Shown: piece after piece, positions 13,368-26,910 of the stretch
Position numbering within the stretch: position 1 is the first letter of the stretch
Layout: the number at the start of each line of letters is the position of its first letter
NCBI RefSeq assembly: GCF_006345805.1
Contig: NC_042998.1
Coordinates: 164,176,001-164,240,000, forward strand
Source: Octopus sinensis
Lineage: Eukaryota
Length of the DNA stretch: 64,000 bases
Reading direction: 5' to 3'
Made by a program: the position numbers and the translations under genes
Notes under the pieces: model-generated
The model's input: only the letters and a program-made list of their open reading frames with translations
Told to the model about the DNA's origin: nothing
Database searches by the model: none

Positions 13368-13492
13368 GCATATATACACACATACACACATATATATATA
13401 TATATATATATGCATATACACACATACACACATATATATATATATATATATATGCATATACACACAATATATATATATATATATATATATGC

Positions 13493-13539
<47 letters not shown>

Positions 13540-13540
13540 G
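12715..13540. repeat. Higher-order minisatellite (TA)n-TGCATATACACACATACAC
   Basis: More than 20 units with a TGCA anchor and variable (TA)n. Confidence 0.9.
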
Positions 13541-13577
13541 GAAAGAAGGTTTGAAAATGCAATTTTAAAGATGTTTA

Positions 13578-13625
13578 TTCACTTGACCGGTTTCACTTTT
13601 GTAGAAAAAGATTGTCAAAAGTAAA
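13578..13625 (-). ncRNA. Decayed minimal hammerhead motif (C3U, G8A)
   Basis: Minus strand: UUUACUU UUGACAA U CUUUU UCUAC AAAAG U GAAAC CG GUC AAGUGAA. 7-bp stem I (one G-U), 5-bp stem II, palindromic stem III ACCGGU. Confidence 0.45.
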
Positions 13626-13807
13626 ATGTAAAGCTTTGTTGTGTTAAGTACTGGTTGTCACAAAAGTATTAAAATATATATGTATATATATATATATATA
13701 TATATACATTCTTTGATAATAATAAGAAAATGTTAAAAACAGTTTACAAGGAAATATCTTGAGAAAATATTAAACAAAAAGTTACTTCACTTTGTTATAT
13801 ATTTGTT

Positions 13808-13847
<40 letters not shown>

Positions 13848-14640
13848 TACAAAATGAAAATGAGTTAGAACAGCACAGACGAATAGGGGGTATAAATAAA
13901 TAAATGTGTGTGTGTGAGATTATATAACTCCATTTACTCAAAATGTCTTACATGTTTAATGATTTTAAAGAGGGTACCCGTGTAACGTTTGCACCACGAT
14001 GGCTCGACGAACCGGCTTCTATTAAAAAGTTCCTAACTTTGATAATTTTAATGTTTCAACACCTTGTCATGTCACTCCTATTTTCGACTGCCTCATACAT
14101 AAGGATTTTATAGGACCAATAACACCAGATCTGTCCTTTAATGTTAAACGCTTAAGGGCAATGAATCTGGTTTCCTGTAAGGATGTTTTCTTAAGAGAAT
14201 TTTAATGTGAAGACTGTTACTGTTGTTGTTTTAATCCCAGATGAGGCTATGCATCAAAAAGGGGTCATATTTTCAAGACAGTAGCAAAGATACATTATAC
14301 AAAATGTGACTTTGCGTCTATTTTTTGTTTTAGAGATAATCGGCTGCTATTTTTAGCAAATCCATTGACCATTTAGAACTTCCTCGTTGATTTGATATAC
14401 GAGTTGTCGTTATTTTAACCCCATGTCAGTCTCGATAAAAATGCGCTGACTCACTCTACTATTTCAGCCATTGGTCTGCGGCCATACTGGGGCACAGCCT
14501 TCAGTTTAGTCGATCAAATCGCCTCAGCTGCTTACTTTGTCTAATGATTACTCAGCTTAGTCACGTGGACGTAGACAAACCAGCACCGGTTGCCAAGCGT
14601 TTGGAGCCAAACGTGCGCAGACACGCACATCATACATACA

Positions 14641-14820
14641 TGTTGGCGTTTCGCAGTCTGTCCTCACATTGTGAATTCAAATTCTGCCGAGGTCGACTTT
14701 GCCTTTCATCCTTTCGGGTCCGATGAAATAAGTACCAGTTGAACACTGAGGTCGATGTAATCGACTTATCCTTTCCCTCACAATTGCTGGCCTTGTGCGG
14801 AAAATGTGAAACCAATATAT
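14641..14820 (+). mobile_element. Family B SINE; similar copies at ~28750-28900 (+), 32940-33110 (-), 53870-54045 (+), 55000-55215 (-), 56895-57030 (+)
   Basis: gaggtcgactttgcctttcatcctttcggg...aaataagtaccag...aaattgctggccttgtg. Confidence 0.75.
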
Positions 14821-15102
14821 AATTCACCCAAGAAGGTACGTACACAAGATTCCGCGTAGCGGGACTGAACCCGAAACCACATTCCTGCTCTTATCTAACA
14901 ACTTTTCGCTTCTCAAATTCCCTGTCGCCCCCTTACCTCTGAAAGATCGATAAATGAGTACTTACACTGTTTATTAGTCCCCATTAAATTATATGCTATT
15001 TATTATAGTAATAATTACTTGACTGTAAGTAAAAAGAAGCCTTAGTATAGTTGCTCAATCTGCTAGACATAGCAACCAAATTTCCTTCAAATGAAATAAT
15101 TT

Positions 15103-15494
15103 TTTTTTTACTGGTTTTAGTCATTGGGTTGTTGCCATACTGGGGCAACTGCCTTGAAGAGTTTAGTTGAACAAATTTACCCTAGTACTTATTTTTTAAG
15201 CCTGGTACTTATTCTATCGAATCCGTTTGCCGAACTTCTCAGTTACGGGGACGAAAACAAATCAGTACCAATTGTCAAGCGGCGAAGGAGGACAATGACA
15301 CAAATTTTATATATACACCCTCGCCCACACACGGTGGGCTTCTTTAGTTTCCGTTATCCAAATCCACTCACGAGGCTTTGGTTGACCCGGATCTATAGTA
15401 GAAGACATTTGCCCAAGGTACTGCACTGTAGGACTGAACTCAAGACCACATGGTTGGAAAGCAACCTTTTTAAACACACAGTAACTCCTGCGCC
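15103..15494 (-). mobile_element. Family A SINE, full length
   Basis: Tail to head homology, ending ctcctgcgcc. Confidence 0.85.
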
Positions 15495-16440
15495 TATCCC
15501 TAGATTTATTTATTAATTTTTGTTTTAAGAGGCAAAATGATAGAGTAGACAATGTATCTTCTAGACGTACTAGGTGAATAAAAATAGGATGGGTGGTCAC
15601 ATTTAGAATGTTGTAATTATAGTCTATTCGACCAGGATGTTGGTAACGCTCTGGCACAACGAGGCCATATTTAGGAAAAGGGGATTGTAGCCGATATATC
15701 GAAGTGCTTTGATTGGTACTTATTTTATCAATCCCAGAAGGAGGAAAATAAAATCAGAACCGTTGGCATTTGAAATCAGAGCAAAAAACACTAAACTACC
15801 ATCAAGCGTTTCATGATTTTTTTTTTTTTAATCGCCCGACTCTCTACCGGTTGTACACCGTACCAATGGGGCAAGATTATTGTTCATTGATTTTGGTAGA
15901 AACACTAGCGCACCAGATTAGATATATGCTCAATAGTAATTAGCTTCATCTGTCTGCATTATGAGTTCAAGTGCCGCCGAGGTCGATCGATTTTTATTTA
16001 TTTATCTATTTATTTATATTATGCCTGACGGGTCGATGGAAAATAAGATTGTGTTACCCATGAACTTGAGTCTGGCTTAATGCAGTGGTGCACCAGTTGA
16101 GCTAACCATATGGCTCCCCCACCACCCCTAAAAATGAGTCACAATGACATTTGTATAATTTTTAGGAAGAAAATGCATGCTTATTTTTTTTATCTTTCAC
16201 TTGTTTCAGTTATTGGACTGCGGTCATTCTCTGGCACCGCCTTCAGATGTTTTTCTTAAGTCGAACGAATTGACCCTAGTACTTTTTTTTTCTTTAACCT
16301 CTGGTACTTCTGCGTGTCACTTTTTGCAGAACTGCTAAGTTACCAGGACGTAAACTTACCTCGGTTGTGAAGCTGGGGTGGGGGAACAAAGACACACATA
16401 CACATATATAGATATACATCTGTATGTTTCTCTGTGTGTG

Positions 16441-16482
<42 letters not shown>

Positions 16483-16593
16483 AAACAAACAAGTTAGTTT
16501 TTCGAAGCGTTGAAATGTATTGTATTGTAGAATATAAATAGACGATACATTTTAATCAACGCGTAGATACTGAACAGTGTGTGTGTGTGTATG

Positions 16594-16647
<54 letters not shown>

Positions 16648-18475
16648 GGATAAAATCCTCATTTCTTTTAAAAGCAGAAAAATTTGTCAGCAGCCAGGCA
16701 TGAGGATCAAACTCACACCCCTCCGAAATCCGGATATTGGAGGGGTGTGATTAAAATTTATCTTTCTTTGTTATATATATTATAGAAGAAATAAGTAAAA
16801 AAATAATGGCCATTAAAAACTAGATTATCTGGAAGCTATCCACGGATTTACAATATAGAATTGTGATGAACCCTAACCTTGGACCCTACCAAAAGATTAC
16901 CTGGAGTTCTTCACCATGCTAAGTAATATTGTTAGCCTGCTATGCCAATAGAGAGCCTATGAAGTATTTTGCCTGGATTGATAATCCCTCACTCACTATT
17001 TGTTATATGCTTTTTGTTGTTTGTGTATGAATGTGTGTGTGCGCACAAGACGGGCTTCTTTCCTTCCGTCTATCAGATTAATCACAAGGTTTTGTTGGAA
17101 CTAGGGCTATTGTAGAATACCTCGGATGCCACCGCTGTGGGACTGAACCCAGAACCGTGTAAATAGGAAATAAACTTCTTACCACACAGCCATGCCAATT
17201 ACCTACATGATTATATTCTTTTGTAATTTTGCTATTAAATATTATTTGGAATTTGTATTAAAAAATATTGTTAGAATAATTTGTATTGCACATAAACTCT
17301 AACAATAAAATCTTATGTGGACTACCAAGGGCCATATGGACCTCGGTTGAGAACCATTGGAGTAAACCCTCCAAGGCAGTGACCGGGATGGCTGTAATCC
17401 AAAGGCTGAAAAGAGTTACGAGAAAATTATTGGTCAGTTTCGTGGTATGGAGAACAAGTCTTGTAATTCAGTTTCGACTGCTCCCTTTCGTTTGTGTCAG
17501 CAATGTTTATTATTGGGAGAGTTATGTACACGCGATTAAAGGTTCCCTTTTGCTAAACCTGTATTACTTTAAGGACTCGATTCCAGCACTTCGCTGCTAT
17601 TTTCATATGAAAAAAAGCATGTTATCCTCTTTCGTTTGTTCCTTTTCGAAATGCTTCAACTCCTAATTCTTTTGTTTCAACTTCTCTGGAAGAAATTTAT
17701 TAAAAAAAAACAACAAAAATCTTTATTCAAATCCTTAGGAAGGCCTTGAATATCACAACTTCTCGTTTTTCTTACTCTGTACATGTATGTTGTTCCGTTG
17801 TGGACTGATCGCATGTTTAATCTCAAGGACTATTTTACACGAATTGGAGCCCAAAACGTAAGACTGTCTCGTGTATTTTATCGTCAAAGCTGTTCTGAAG
17901 CAACGTGTTACACACACACTCACGATTGAATAGACCACGAAACTTAGAGAAACCGAGTTTAACTCTTTTGCATTCAGATTATTCTGTCAAATGTAATGCT
18001 TATTCATTCACGTTGTTTTGAACTAATCTTGCAATAGTTTAGACTGACGTTGTAAGTTAGGTGTATGAGGCCGGATCTGGTCAGTTTGAACGTATAATAT
18101 AATATTTTTGTCCAGATATAGCTCATTAAAATGCTAGTGTTAACTTTCATGAAATGAATTTGTGTGTGTGTTTATACATTCACTTGTGTGTTGGGCTTTA
18201 GGCTCTTAGAGACCCTACCTATCCCCGCCCCGGAAATTGCTGCACTTGTGGTAAAACTTGAAACCATTATTATTACTGAGTGGTATAATAGCGCAGTCGT
18301 TGAAAGTGGTGGATAAATTGCCTACTGGTACTTCACCTCAGTTCAAAGTCCAACGACTTCAATTTGTCAATCAATCATCCCTCTATGGTCGATATAATTG
18401 CCTACATCTTGCTCACCAGATTTTGACAAATGATAGGAAACCCTATCTCATTGCTGACATCATCTCTATTATCCC

Positions 18476-18506
18476 TTGACGAAGAACTCCGCTCGAAACG
18501 TTAAAT
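18476..18506 (+). ncRNA. Decayed minimal hammerhead motif (C3U, stem I lost), same family as 34725
   Basis: UUGACGA A GAAC UCC GCUC GAAAC GUU AAAU. Downstream sequence matches the reverse complement of 34212-34287 and 34699-34730. Confidence 0.45.
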
Positions 18507-18595
18507 CTTCCTTTCTTTCCTTTCCTGAGCGTCCAATAACACTATACTTGTTCCACGTCATCTCGTTGTTGTGTTTTCATGTTTGGATTAACTAT
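18476..18595 (+). mobile_element. Penelope-like terminal fragment
   Basis: Homologous to 34212-34760 (agcgtccaataacactatacttgttccacgtc...catgtttggat). Begins at a hammerhead-like core. Confidence 0.5.
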
Positions 18596-18596
18596 A

Positions 18597-18650
<54 letters not shown>

Positions 18651-19374
18651 GTGGTTCTCGAAGCACATTTCATACAGCATGGGCAGCCCCGGTTTTTGCT
18701 ATTCAGAAGGGTTCTTTAAGCCCAATATTTGCATACTATTCTTTATAGTGGTATGTGATTTCAAAGAAGTTTATCAAATTTTTATGACAACTACACACAC
18801 ACTTATATAGACCTTTTTAGTTCAAATACAGGAAGCACTCGATAAACTCCGCAGTATAATAATCTAATCAGTCTCTGTTGAAAGCGGAAACGTGAAACTG
18901 ATATCTTTCAAGTATTTTTCGTCAATATTTCAAGTTTCTTTAGGGTTTATAGAGACAAGAATGGTGTGATGCGATAGTAAATGTCAACGGGAAAATCTTT
19001 GCATTTAGAGAAAACGCTTGATATTTTCAGACGTCCTTTTTTTATGTGTTCAACACCGATTCTGATTGCCGATATTATTAGCTTACCAATTCCAGGAGCT
19101 ATCACCATTAGCTTACCAGTTTTCATGGTATATATAGTTACCACTGTTTTGACAATTCTGGTAGCTGTTTGTTACCACTTGCCTGCCAATTCTGGTCTGG
19201 TGGTTCCACTTCTGATGACGGATCAATTTCTACTAGCTTAGCAATTCCGATGGGTGTTAACTTGTACCACTAGCTTATTAATTCCATTGGCTGGCAATTG
19301 TCACTAGCTTTCCAATTTGTGGGTGGAATATTTGTCGTCAGTTTTCCAATTCTGTTGGCTATCCATACATTTAT

Positions 19375-19580
19375 CTATCTTTATTTCAGTCATTAGACTG
19401 CAGCCATGCGTAGGTGCTGTCTTGGAGAACTTACAGTCGAATGTATCAACCTCAGTACTTTTTTTTTTATTTTAAGCATGGTCTCTTTTTGCCGAACCGC
19501 TAAGTTACGGTAACTTGAACACACCAACACTGGTTTCCAAGCGGTGGTGGGGGACGAAGACATACACACACATAACATTC

Positions 19581-19613
<33 letters not shown>

Positions 19614-19742
19614 TCAGGCTTCTTTCAATTTCCGTTTACCAAATTCACTCAAGGCTTTGGTCGGACCGAACTTATAGTGCTCAAAGTGTCCCGAACCATA
19701 TGGTTGGGAAGCAAGCTTCTTACCACGCAGCCACGCCTGCAC
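19375..19742 (-). mobile_element. Family A SINE, full length
   Basis: Tail to head homology. Confidence 0.85.
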
Positions 19743-19994
19743 CTTATGATAGTTTTTGTTCTGTAAATTAAAAAAAAACAATTGTAATACTCTACATAGT
19801 TTAGTTATTCTCCAAGACACTCCGGCATTCTCAATCATAGCTGACCTGGGGCTAAACATTTTGAATGTTAGCTGTCTGTACTCGACTCATCGCTTTTTTT
19901 TCTCAATTGAACCTGGGTAGTTTCTTGTAGTCTTCTATTTTGGTGAGGTTAACATAATAAACAAAAATACTCATAAATATCACGGTGTGTAAGT

Positions 19995-20450
19995 AGATGA
20001 ATGGATGGGCTTAGAAAACAGATAGATGCACCAAAATTAAGATTTTGATGGATAGATGAATGAATGGATGGATGGTTCGAGAGAATGAATAAAGTAGGCG
20101 GACAAATATATATATACATATATATATATAAGAAGAATGGGAAGATCGATTGAAAGAAAGAATAACTGGATGATAGATAGATGGATTGATGCGTTTAAAA
20201 GATGGATGGTTAGATAAATGGATCGGTGGATGGATAGATTGGTAGATATGGTTATACATAATATGTATTAAGCTGAAATGCGGAATCCTCAGCAATTTTA
20301 GCCGATAACAATCAGTTTTGCTTACACCGGCGTTGCCTCCACTGATACATATATATATATATATGTATGTATGTATATGTATGTATGTATATGTATGTAT
20401 GTATATGTATGTATGTATATGTATGTATATATGTATGTATAGATAGGTAG

Positions 20451-20483
<33 letters not shown>

Positions 20484-20520
20484 ATAATATATATTATATA
20501 ATATATATATATATATTGCA
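19995..20520. repeat. Degenerate (GATG)n followed by (TATG)n/(TA)n
   Basis: Direct reading. Confidence 0.85.
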
Positions 20521-20811
20521 TGTTCCGATGAAAAACTATTTCCTGCGTTAAAAGCTGTTTTAAAAATCTTTCAAATTGAAAGAATGGGAGTGGCTTGTCT
20601 TAGATGGATTTTTTTCCTCTCCCCCCAAATATTTCTTACAGATTTTTTTTTGGTCTTTAAATCAGTTTTCCGTATTTTTTCTTGCGTAGGAGTGTTCCTG
20701 TCTGTTGTGGCGATATCAGAATAATATGGTTTGTTCGCATAGGGGCTTATTACAAACGTACACATATACATACATACATACACAAATGCATAAACATATA
20801 TGCACTTGTAA

Positions 20812-20866
<55 letters not shown>

Positions 20867-21694
20867 CTCTCTCTTTTGACCGGCAGAATTTATGAAGTTT
20901 TAATAATGTAATTTTCGAATTATATATACTTGTCTGTATTTATGTTTACACTTATGCGTATGCCTGTATATGTTTGTCTGCATGCATATATGTATATATT
21001 TGTATGTATACTTTTATTCATATACAACGTATTATGTGTGTTCGAAAGGTGTATATATATATATTATGTGTGTGCACAAATACAGTTGTTTAAATACTCG
21101 ACACGCGCCTGCACTGATGCGTCCACGGTCGTACGTTTAATAAATAAAACAGGCATTCATATTACGTAAACATAGTGTAGTTAAACCAAGGAGACATGCC
21201 CCGAAACAATTAAATTGCTTTGGGCTAGTTTAGAAGGTTGTCTTGCTTGAATTCGTACTGTAGACTGCAGAAGCAGGCTAGAGCTACTTCAGGGGGAATA
21301 CTATGGCTAATAAAAGCCGACTCTGCTCGTTTCCATATCGGTCCGTTCGTTGGTGGTGTGTGCTAACGGAAGTTCTGTGTGGTAAAGTTGTGACTAAGCT
21401 TACAAGATATACGCTGAAAATGTATGTACGCAGATACACTGGATGATTTGAAATTGGTTTTGTCATAGGGTTGGTTGTCACTGCACGATATATGTATATG
21501 TATAGAGACGCACATAGATAGATGTATGCGCCTCATAGGCAATGAATATACGTGTGGGTGTATGTGTATGTATATCATTTAACGACTACCTCTGTGTGTG
21601 TATATGCATGCATATGTGTACATGTATTGCTGTGTGTTTATATGTACATATGTGTATTTATGTGTACATATGTGTATATCGTGTAATATGTATG

Positions 21695-21719
<25 letters not shown>

Positions 21720-21731
<12 letters not shown>

Positions 21732-21888
21732 ATGGAAATATATATATATATATATATATATGTGTGTATGGAAATATATATATATATATATGTGTATGGA
21801 AATATATATATATATTATATGTGTATGGAAATATATATATATATATATGTGTGTATGGAAATATATATATATATATATGTGTGTATGG

Positions 21889-21942
<54 letters not shown>

Positions 21943-22030
21943 ATGGAAATATATATATATATATATATATATATGTGTTGTATGGAAATATATATATATA
22001 TTATATATGTGTGTATGGAATATATTATAT
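21720..22030. repeat. Higher-order minisatellite GTGTGTATGGAAA-(TA)n
   Basis: About 8 units with a GGAAA anchor. Confidence 0.9.
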
Positions 22031-23269
22031 ATATGTGTGTGTGTGTGTAAAGTATGTGTTTATACATACACATGAATGTAGCTTGCTCTTATGTAATTTT
22101 TTCAGACATGTTTGTCCATATGTCTGTGTGTGTGTGTATATATATATACATACATATATATATATATATACGCACACAGTATGGGGTTTAGTCTACAGGT
22201 GAGCCAAACGACGAGGTACGCTAGGTAAGTGCTGCAACATATATATATATATATATATTGTAAAACTATATGCATCTTGAAAGTGTGTGTGTCCAAGTCT
22301 TTTACCATACATGTCTTGAGGTGACCTAAGCCATGAAGGTGTAATTGGATAGCCAAACCTATGGAATCCCTATGTAAAAGACTTCCATAATTTACAGACA
22401 CTATCTATAATTTAAAGTGTCAGCCTTATTTCACCATATTGTCATGGTGATTTTGTCTGAGGATTCTTTTGGGGTACACATGTGAGTAACTTATGTTCTA
22501 AGTCACTGTTGTTGATACACCACCCAACTTGTAACCAATAGTGTTGTCAAGTGCATAAAGGTACACATCACGCACCCATAATACATACATACTGTCAACA
22601 TCACCACCATAGTCACAATGTTCGCTTTCCCATCCTTTCATGAGTGGATCTAGATGGAATTTGTTGAGGTAGATTGTCTACTATCTCTATCCCTCAACTA
22701 TTTTCACCGAAGATTAGACAACACTGATTGTGTGTGTGTATACATATATATCACTGTGACTGACCAGGTTATCAGATGTTGCTACATATCGCTGGTCACA
22801 ATGCGCTTTGCATTGTTTTAGCCTTCAAATGATGCCACCCTGGTGGCTAAGCGAGCAGGCCAACAGAAGGAGTGAGAGAAAGTTGTGGTGAAAGAGTACA
22901 GCAGGGATTGCCACCACTCCCTGCCAGAGCCTCGTGGAGCTTTGGGTGTTTTTGCTCAATAAACACTCACAACACCCAGTCTGGTAATTGAAACTGCAAT
23001 CCTATAACCGGGATTTTGCTGCCCTAACCACTGGGCCATTGCGTCTCCATTCGCATACACAGCAACCCCAGTTGCTAACAATGAACTATAAAATAATTTT
23101 TTTCTGCTTATCAAACTTTGACGGGAAAAATTTACAACCTTCTGTGTCAATAAATGTTGTTTCTAAAAGTTGTTTTTTGTACCTTCTATGGACTGATCGA
23201 AGCTTACTAATTTCCTACACCTTGATCTTTGGATCTTACCTTTACATATATATGCATATGCACACATAC

Positions 23270-24440
23270 ATACATACTTATTAATCATTTAACAGTTGTA
23301 TTCCATGGGTTGAACAGTTTGACTGGACCTGATGACCTAAAGGAATGTATTGGGATCCAATACTTGTGCATTGGCATGTTTTCAACAGTTGGATGTTTTT
23401 TTCCTAATGTCAACCACTTTACAGATTGTGCTGAGTGCTTTTGTTTGTGGCATTGGCCTTAATGAGGTCATCAAGTAACACACAAGACCAGACCCCTTCA
23501 CTGAGTGGCAGCACAGTTTTGAGGGAGGTATGCCAGATGTTGAAAGGCTAACCTATGTTAGAGGACTGGAACAGGTGTCTTTCTGTTGGGGAAATACATG
23601 GCTACCCCAGCAGGAAAGGGAGAAAGAGTATTGGAAATAAGGTATCATAGTGTACCCTCATGGTACAAAAGAGATAAAGTGAAAGGAGCATGATAAACTG
23701 TAGAGGTGAGGAAAGAGTGAACATGGGCAGGGGTGTTATCAAGGGTAGATCTCAAGGGAAAGGTAAAAGAAAATAGGTGTGTGTCAGGGAGGAGGAGGTG
23801 ATAGGTGGCGATACAGTAAAAGGGGGAGAGCAACAGTGTAGTAAAACTGTTGATAGATGAGAAATAGGGAGATGATATGAAGTGGAGGAAAAGATGTGCA
23901 GTGACAAATGAGATGCATGTCGGGTTGAATATTGTGGGTGTTGGAAAAGAGGGGGGTGCCGAAGGTAGATATGAGAGGGTGTACAGTGGATAGGGTTTTC
24001 TGTGGAAAATTAAGTGGTAAGGGATGGTGTTTTGAGAATATGGGGTGGTGGCAAGTAGAAGAATAACTGGCAGCATAAAAGCAGGGATGAAATATGTGCA
24101 GTTCTACTCTTGTAAAATTACAGCTGCTGAGGAAATTGTGCTGTAGTTAGAAGTGTGAAAGAAGGATAAGTGTTACAAAGATGAATTTTGGAGAGGGTTT
24201 GACATGTACTGATTGAGTGTGGGTGACATTGATATTTTAACAATATGCATTTATGACCTCATTTTAACTGAGGTGTACAGGTCTTCATGAATGTAGTGAA
24301 TCACCAATCATCTTAGACCTTTGTCATTTACCCCAGGAGACATAACAACCTGAGGTCAGTTTTCCAGGTCTTGTTCTGCCACAAGATTCATCATCATTGA
24401 GTGATTGGCATTCTGTCCTCATCCATACACATCACATAGC
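23270..24440 (-). mobile_element. Old RTE-clade LINE remnant(s)
   Basis: Reverse complement of the RTE 3'UTR at 23270-23470 and a degenerate HVMCMDED..CGRTRP C-terminus at ~24290-24430. Purine-rich segment in between. Confidence 0.55.
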
Positions 24441-25311
24441 AATACTAACAGTCTTCTCTCTTGCTCAGTTTTTCTTTCAGCTCTTATGCACCTTGTCATA
24501 CTTGCACATTGACATCGCATGGCCTGCAGAGAATGCACATTTCATTTCTCTATAGTCTTTGCATGTCTTCTACATTCAAGGCCCACTTTTCGCTACCACA
24601 TAGCAATACCGTTCATGTACAAGCATCATACAATTTCACTCAGAGAGAGAGAGAGATCTTTTGCTATCAACAGAAGTAATAGCTCTGTTGGTAGCTGTAC
24701 ATAAAAAGGTAAGGAGCAGAGGTTAGAGCACAACAGTATAATAAAACACAAAAGATGAGAAATAGAGAGATATGATGTAGGACAGATAGGGTGCATGGTG
24801 ATAGATGGAGGCCAAATGCATGAGACAGGTTTACATTCAAACTTCCATTCTACCAATTCCACTTATACAGTATTTGTCAAACTTGTACTATAGTACTACA
24901 AGACACTTACCAAAGATGCTGCACTGGGAGATTGAACCAGAAACCATGCAGTTGTGAAACAAAGCATTTTAAATATGACCATATAAAAGGATGGCCACAG
25001 TTGATTGTGTATGTTTACCACATTTGACCCAGATCATCGCATCACTGCCCACAAGCTCTGGATTATTGGAGAATCCTGTGATGAAGCTAATATATGGTAT
25101 ATATTTGTATAAACAACTTTGATTTGATATGCAGGAGAGTTCTCAGCTGGGTGAGTCACTGCATAAAGCTTATCTTAGTTTTCCATGGGTCTATGACAAT
25201 GCTACAAATTTGGTTGGCATTCATACTATGAAGATGAAGATTCTGTGGGGTTTGCTTTCCTTCCAAAATGATTTTTCTCAGTTCAGATAGTTGTCTTTCT
25301 TAATGCCAGCA

Positions 25312-25370
<59 letters not shown>

Positions 25371-25498
25371 TAAAGAGCAAGAGACAGAGACATATACACT
25401 TTTATATAAGCATATGTGTGTGTATAGACACACACACATATACTCATATTATGCATGTATAACATACACACCAATACATTACAAGCACACACACACAC

Positions 25499-25550
<52 letters not shown>

Positions 25551-26002
25551 GGGGGGGGGCATGTATACACATTTACAAACATCTCAAGATTGAGTTGAAT
25601 AAGGTACTTAAAGGTAAGGTAGTTGTTAACTATATAAACACACACTCATGCATAGATATTTACAAATGTATGTATATATATATATATATATACACAAATG
25701 TGTGTGTATATATATATACACACATATATTTATGCATATATATATAAATGTATATGTACATACATACATACATACACACATATATGTACACATGTATGTG
25801 TGTGTATATACACACACACACACACACACACATACACACACAAGCACATGGAAGCTTAGTTTGGGTGTGTATATGCAATAATACGCGCGTGTATGTTTAT
25901 GAGAGAGAGGGGGGCATACTTTTGTGTTGGATGCGCTCCAATAATCTAAAAGGTATGTATTATTTGAAAATGTGTGTGTATATACATATCTATAGTGTTT
26001 GA

Positions 26003-26047
<45 letters not shown>

Positions 26048-26479
26048 CACCCACTCACTTTGCACGATAAACATACGCCCGCCCGCGCACCCACACACAC
26101 ATGCGCATTTGGTCACATACCTACTTCCATGTGCTTTCGCACACACGCAAACAATAGTTTTATGCTATGTCGTCTAAATAAATGTGTGTTGCGTATGTTG
26201 TGAAGCCTGCATTTCTTACAATGAAACGGTTGCTTGTTTGTAATGGTTGTCTGTCTGTCTGTCTGCTGTCATTTCTCTGACTTGACATTCATTCAGCTCA
26301 GGTTGTTTGCCGATAGCACTTATTTTACGTACTGCCACCTTTTCTAGACTTGTTTCAATGTTACACATTTTTACATATACACCAACAACCAGACTAGGCC
26401 AAGCTTCCTTGCCTTGGCTTCGCTGCCTGCCTGGGTTTTTTTTTTTTCTTTCGTTTCTGTCCAACTTGCTGTTCCATTC

Positions 26480-26864
26480 ATTCTTATAGCCGTTTGTGCA
26501 TGTGTATCGTTCCAGCCGTTTCTATGCCTGTCTGTCTGTTTATATAACCAGCTGTCTCTCTGGTTGTCTCTCCAGCTGTCTGTCTGTCTGTTTCTCCGAC
26601 TGTCTGTCTGTTTCTCCCACCGTTTGTCTGTCTGTCTGTTTCTCCCACTGTTTGTCTGTCTGTCTGTTTCTCCGGCTGTTTGTCTGTCTGTCTCTCTCTC
26701 TCTCTGCCTGGATTTGTGTCTGGTCTGTCACTCTGTCTGGTCTGTCTCCGTCTCTGTCTATTTCTCCGTCTGCCTCTCCGTTTGTCCATTTCCCCGTGTC
26801 TCTCCGACTGTCCGTCTGACCGTCACCTGTCTGCCTATCCGTCTGTCTGCATGTCTGTCCTGCC

Positions 26865-26910
<46 letters not shown>
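26480..26910. repeat. Degenerate (TCTG)n grading into (TCTA)n
   Basis: Direct reading. Confidence 0.9.

Noticed and set aside
12602-13568. Long ORFs of 220-309 aa on both strands ([12 protein letters not shown])
   Set aside because: Translations of dinucleotide minisatellites, open only because the repeats lack stop codons. The same applies to the ORFs at 521-1172, 2665-3625, 21542-22202, 39233-39746 and 47674-48477.
21180-21280. Possible Tc1 transposase C-terminal remnant (TCPETIKLLWASLEGCLA)
   Set aside because: Too short and weak, with no TIR nearby.
23645-24076. 143-aa minus-strand ORF
   Set aside because: Pyrimidine-rich low-complexity translation inside a LINE remnant, with no splice signals or domain.
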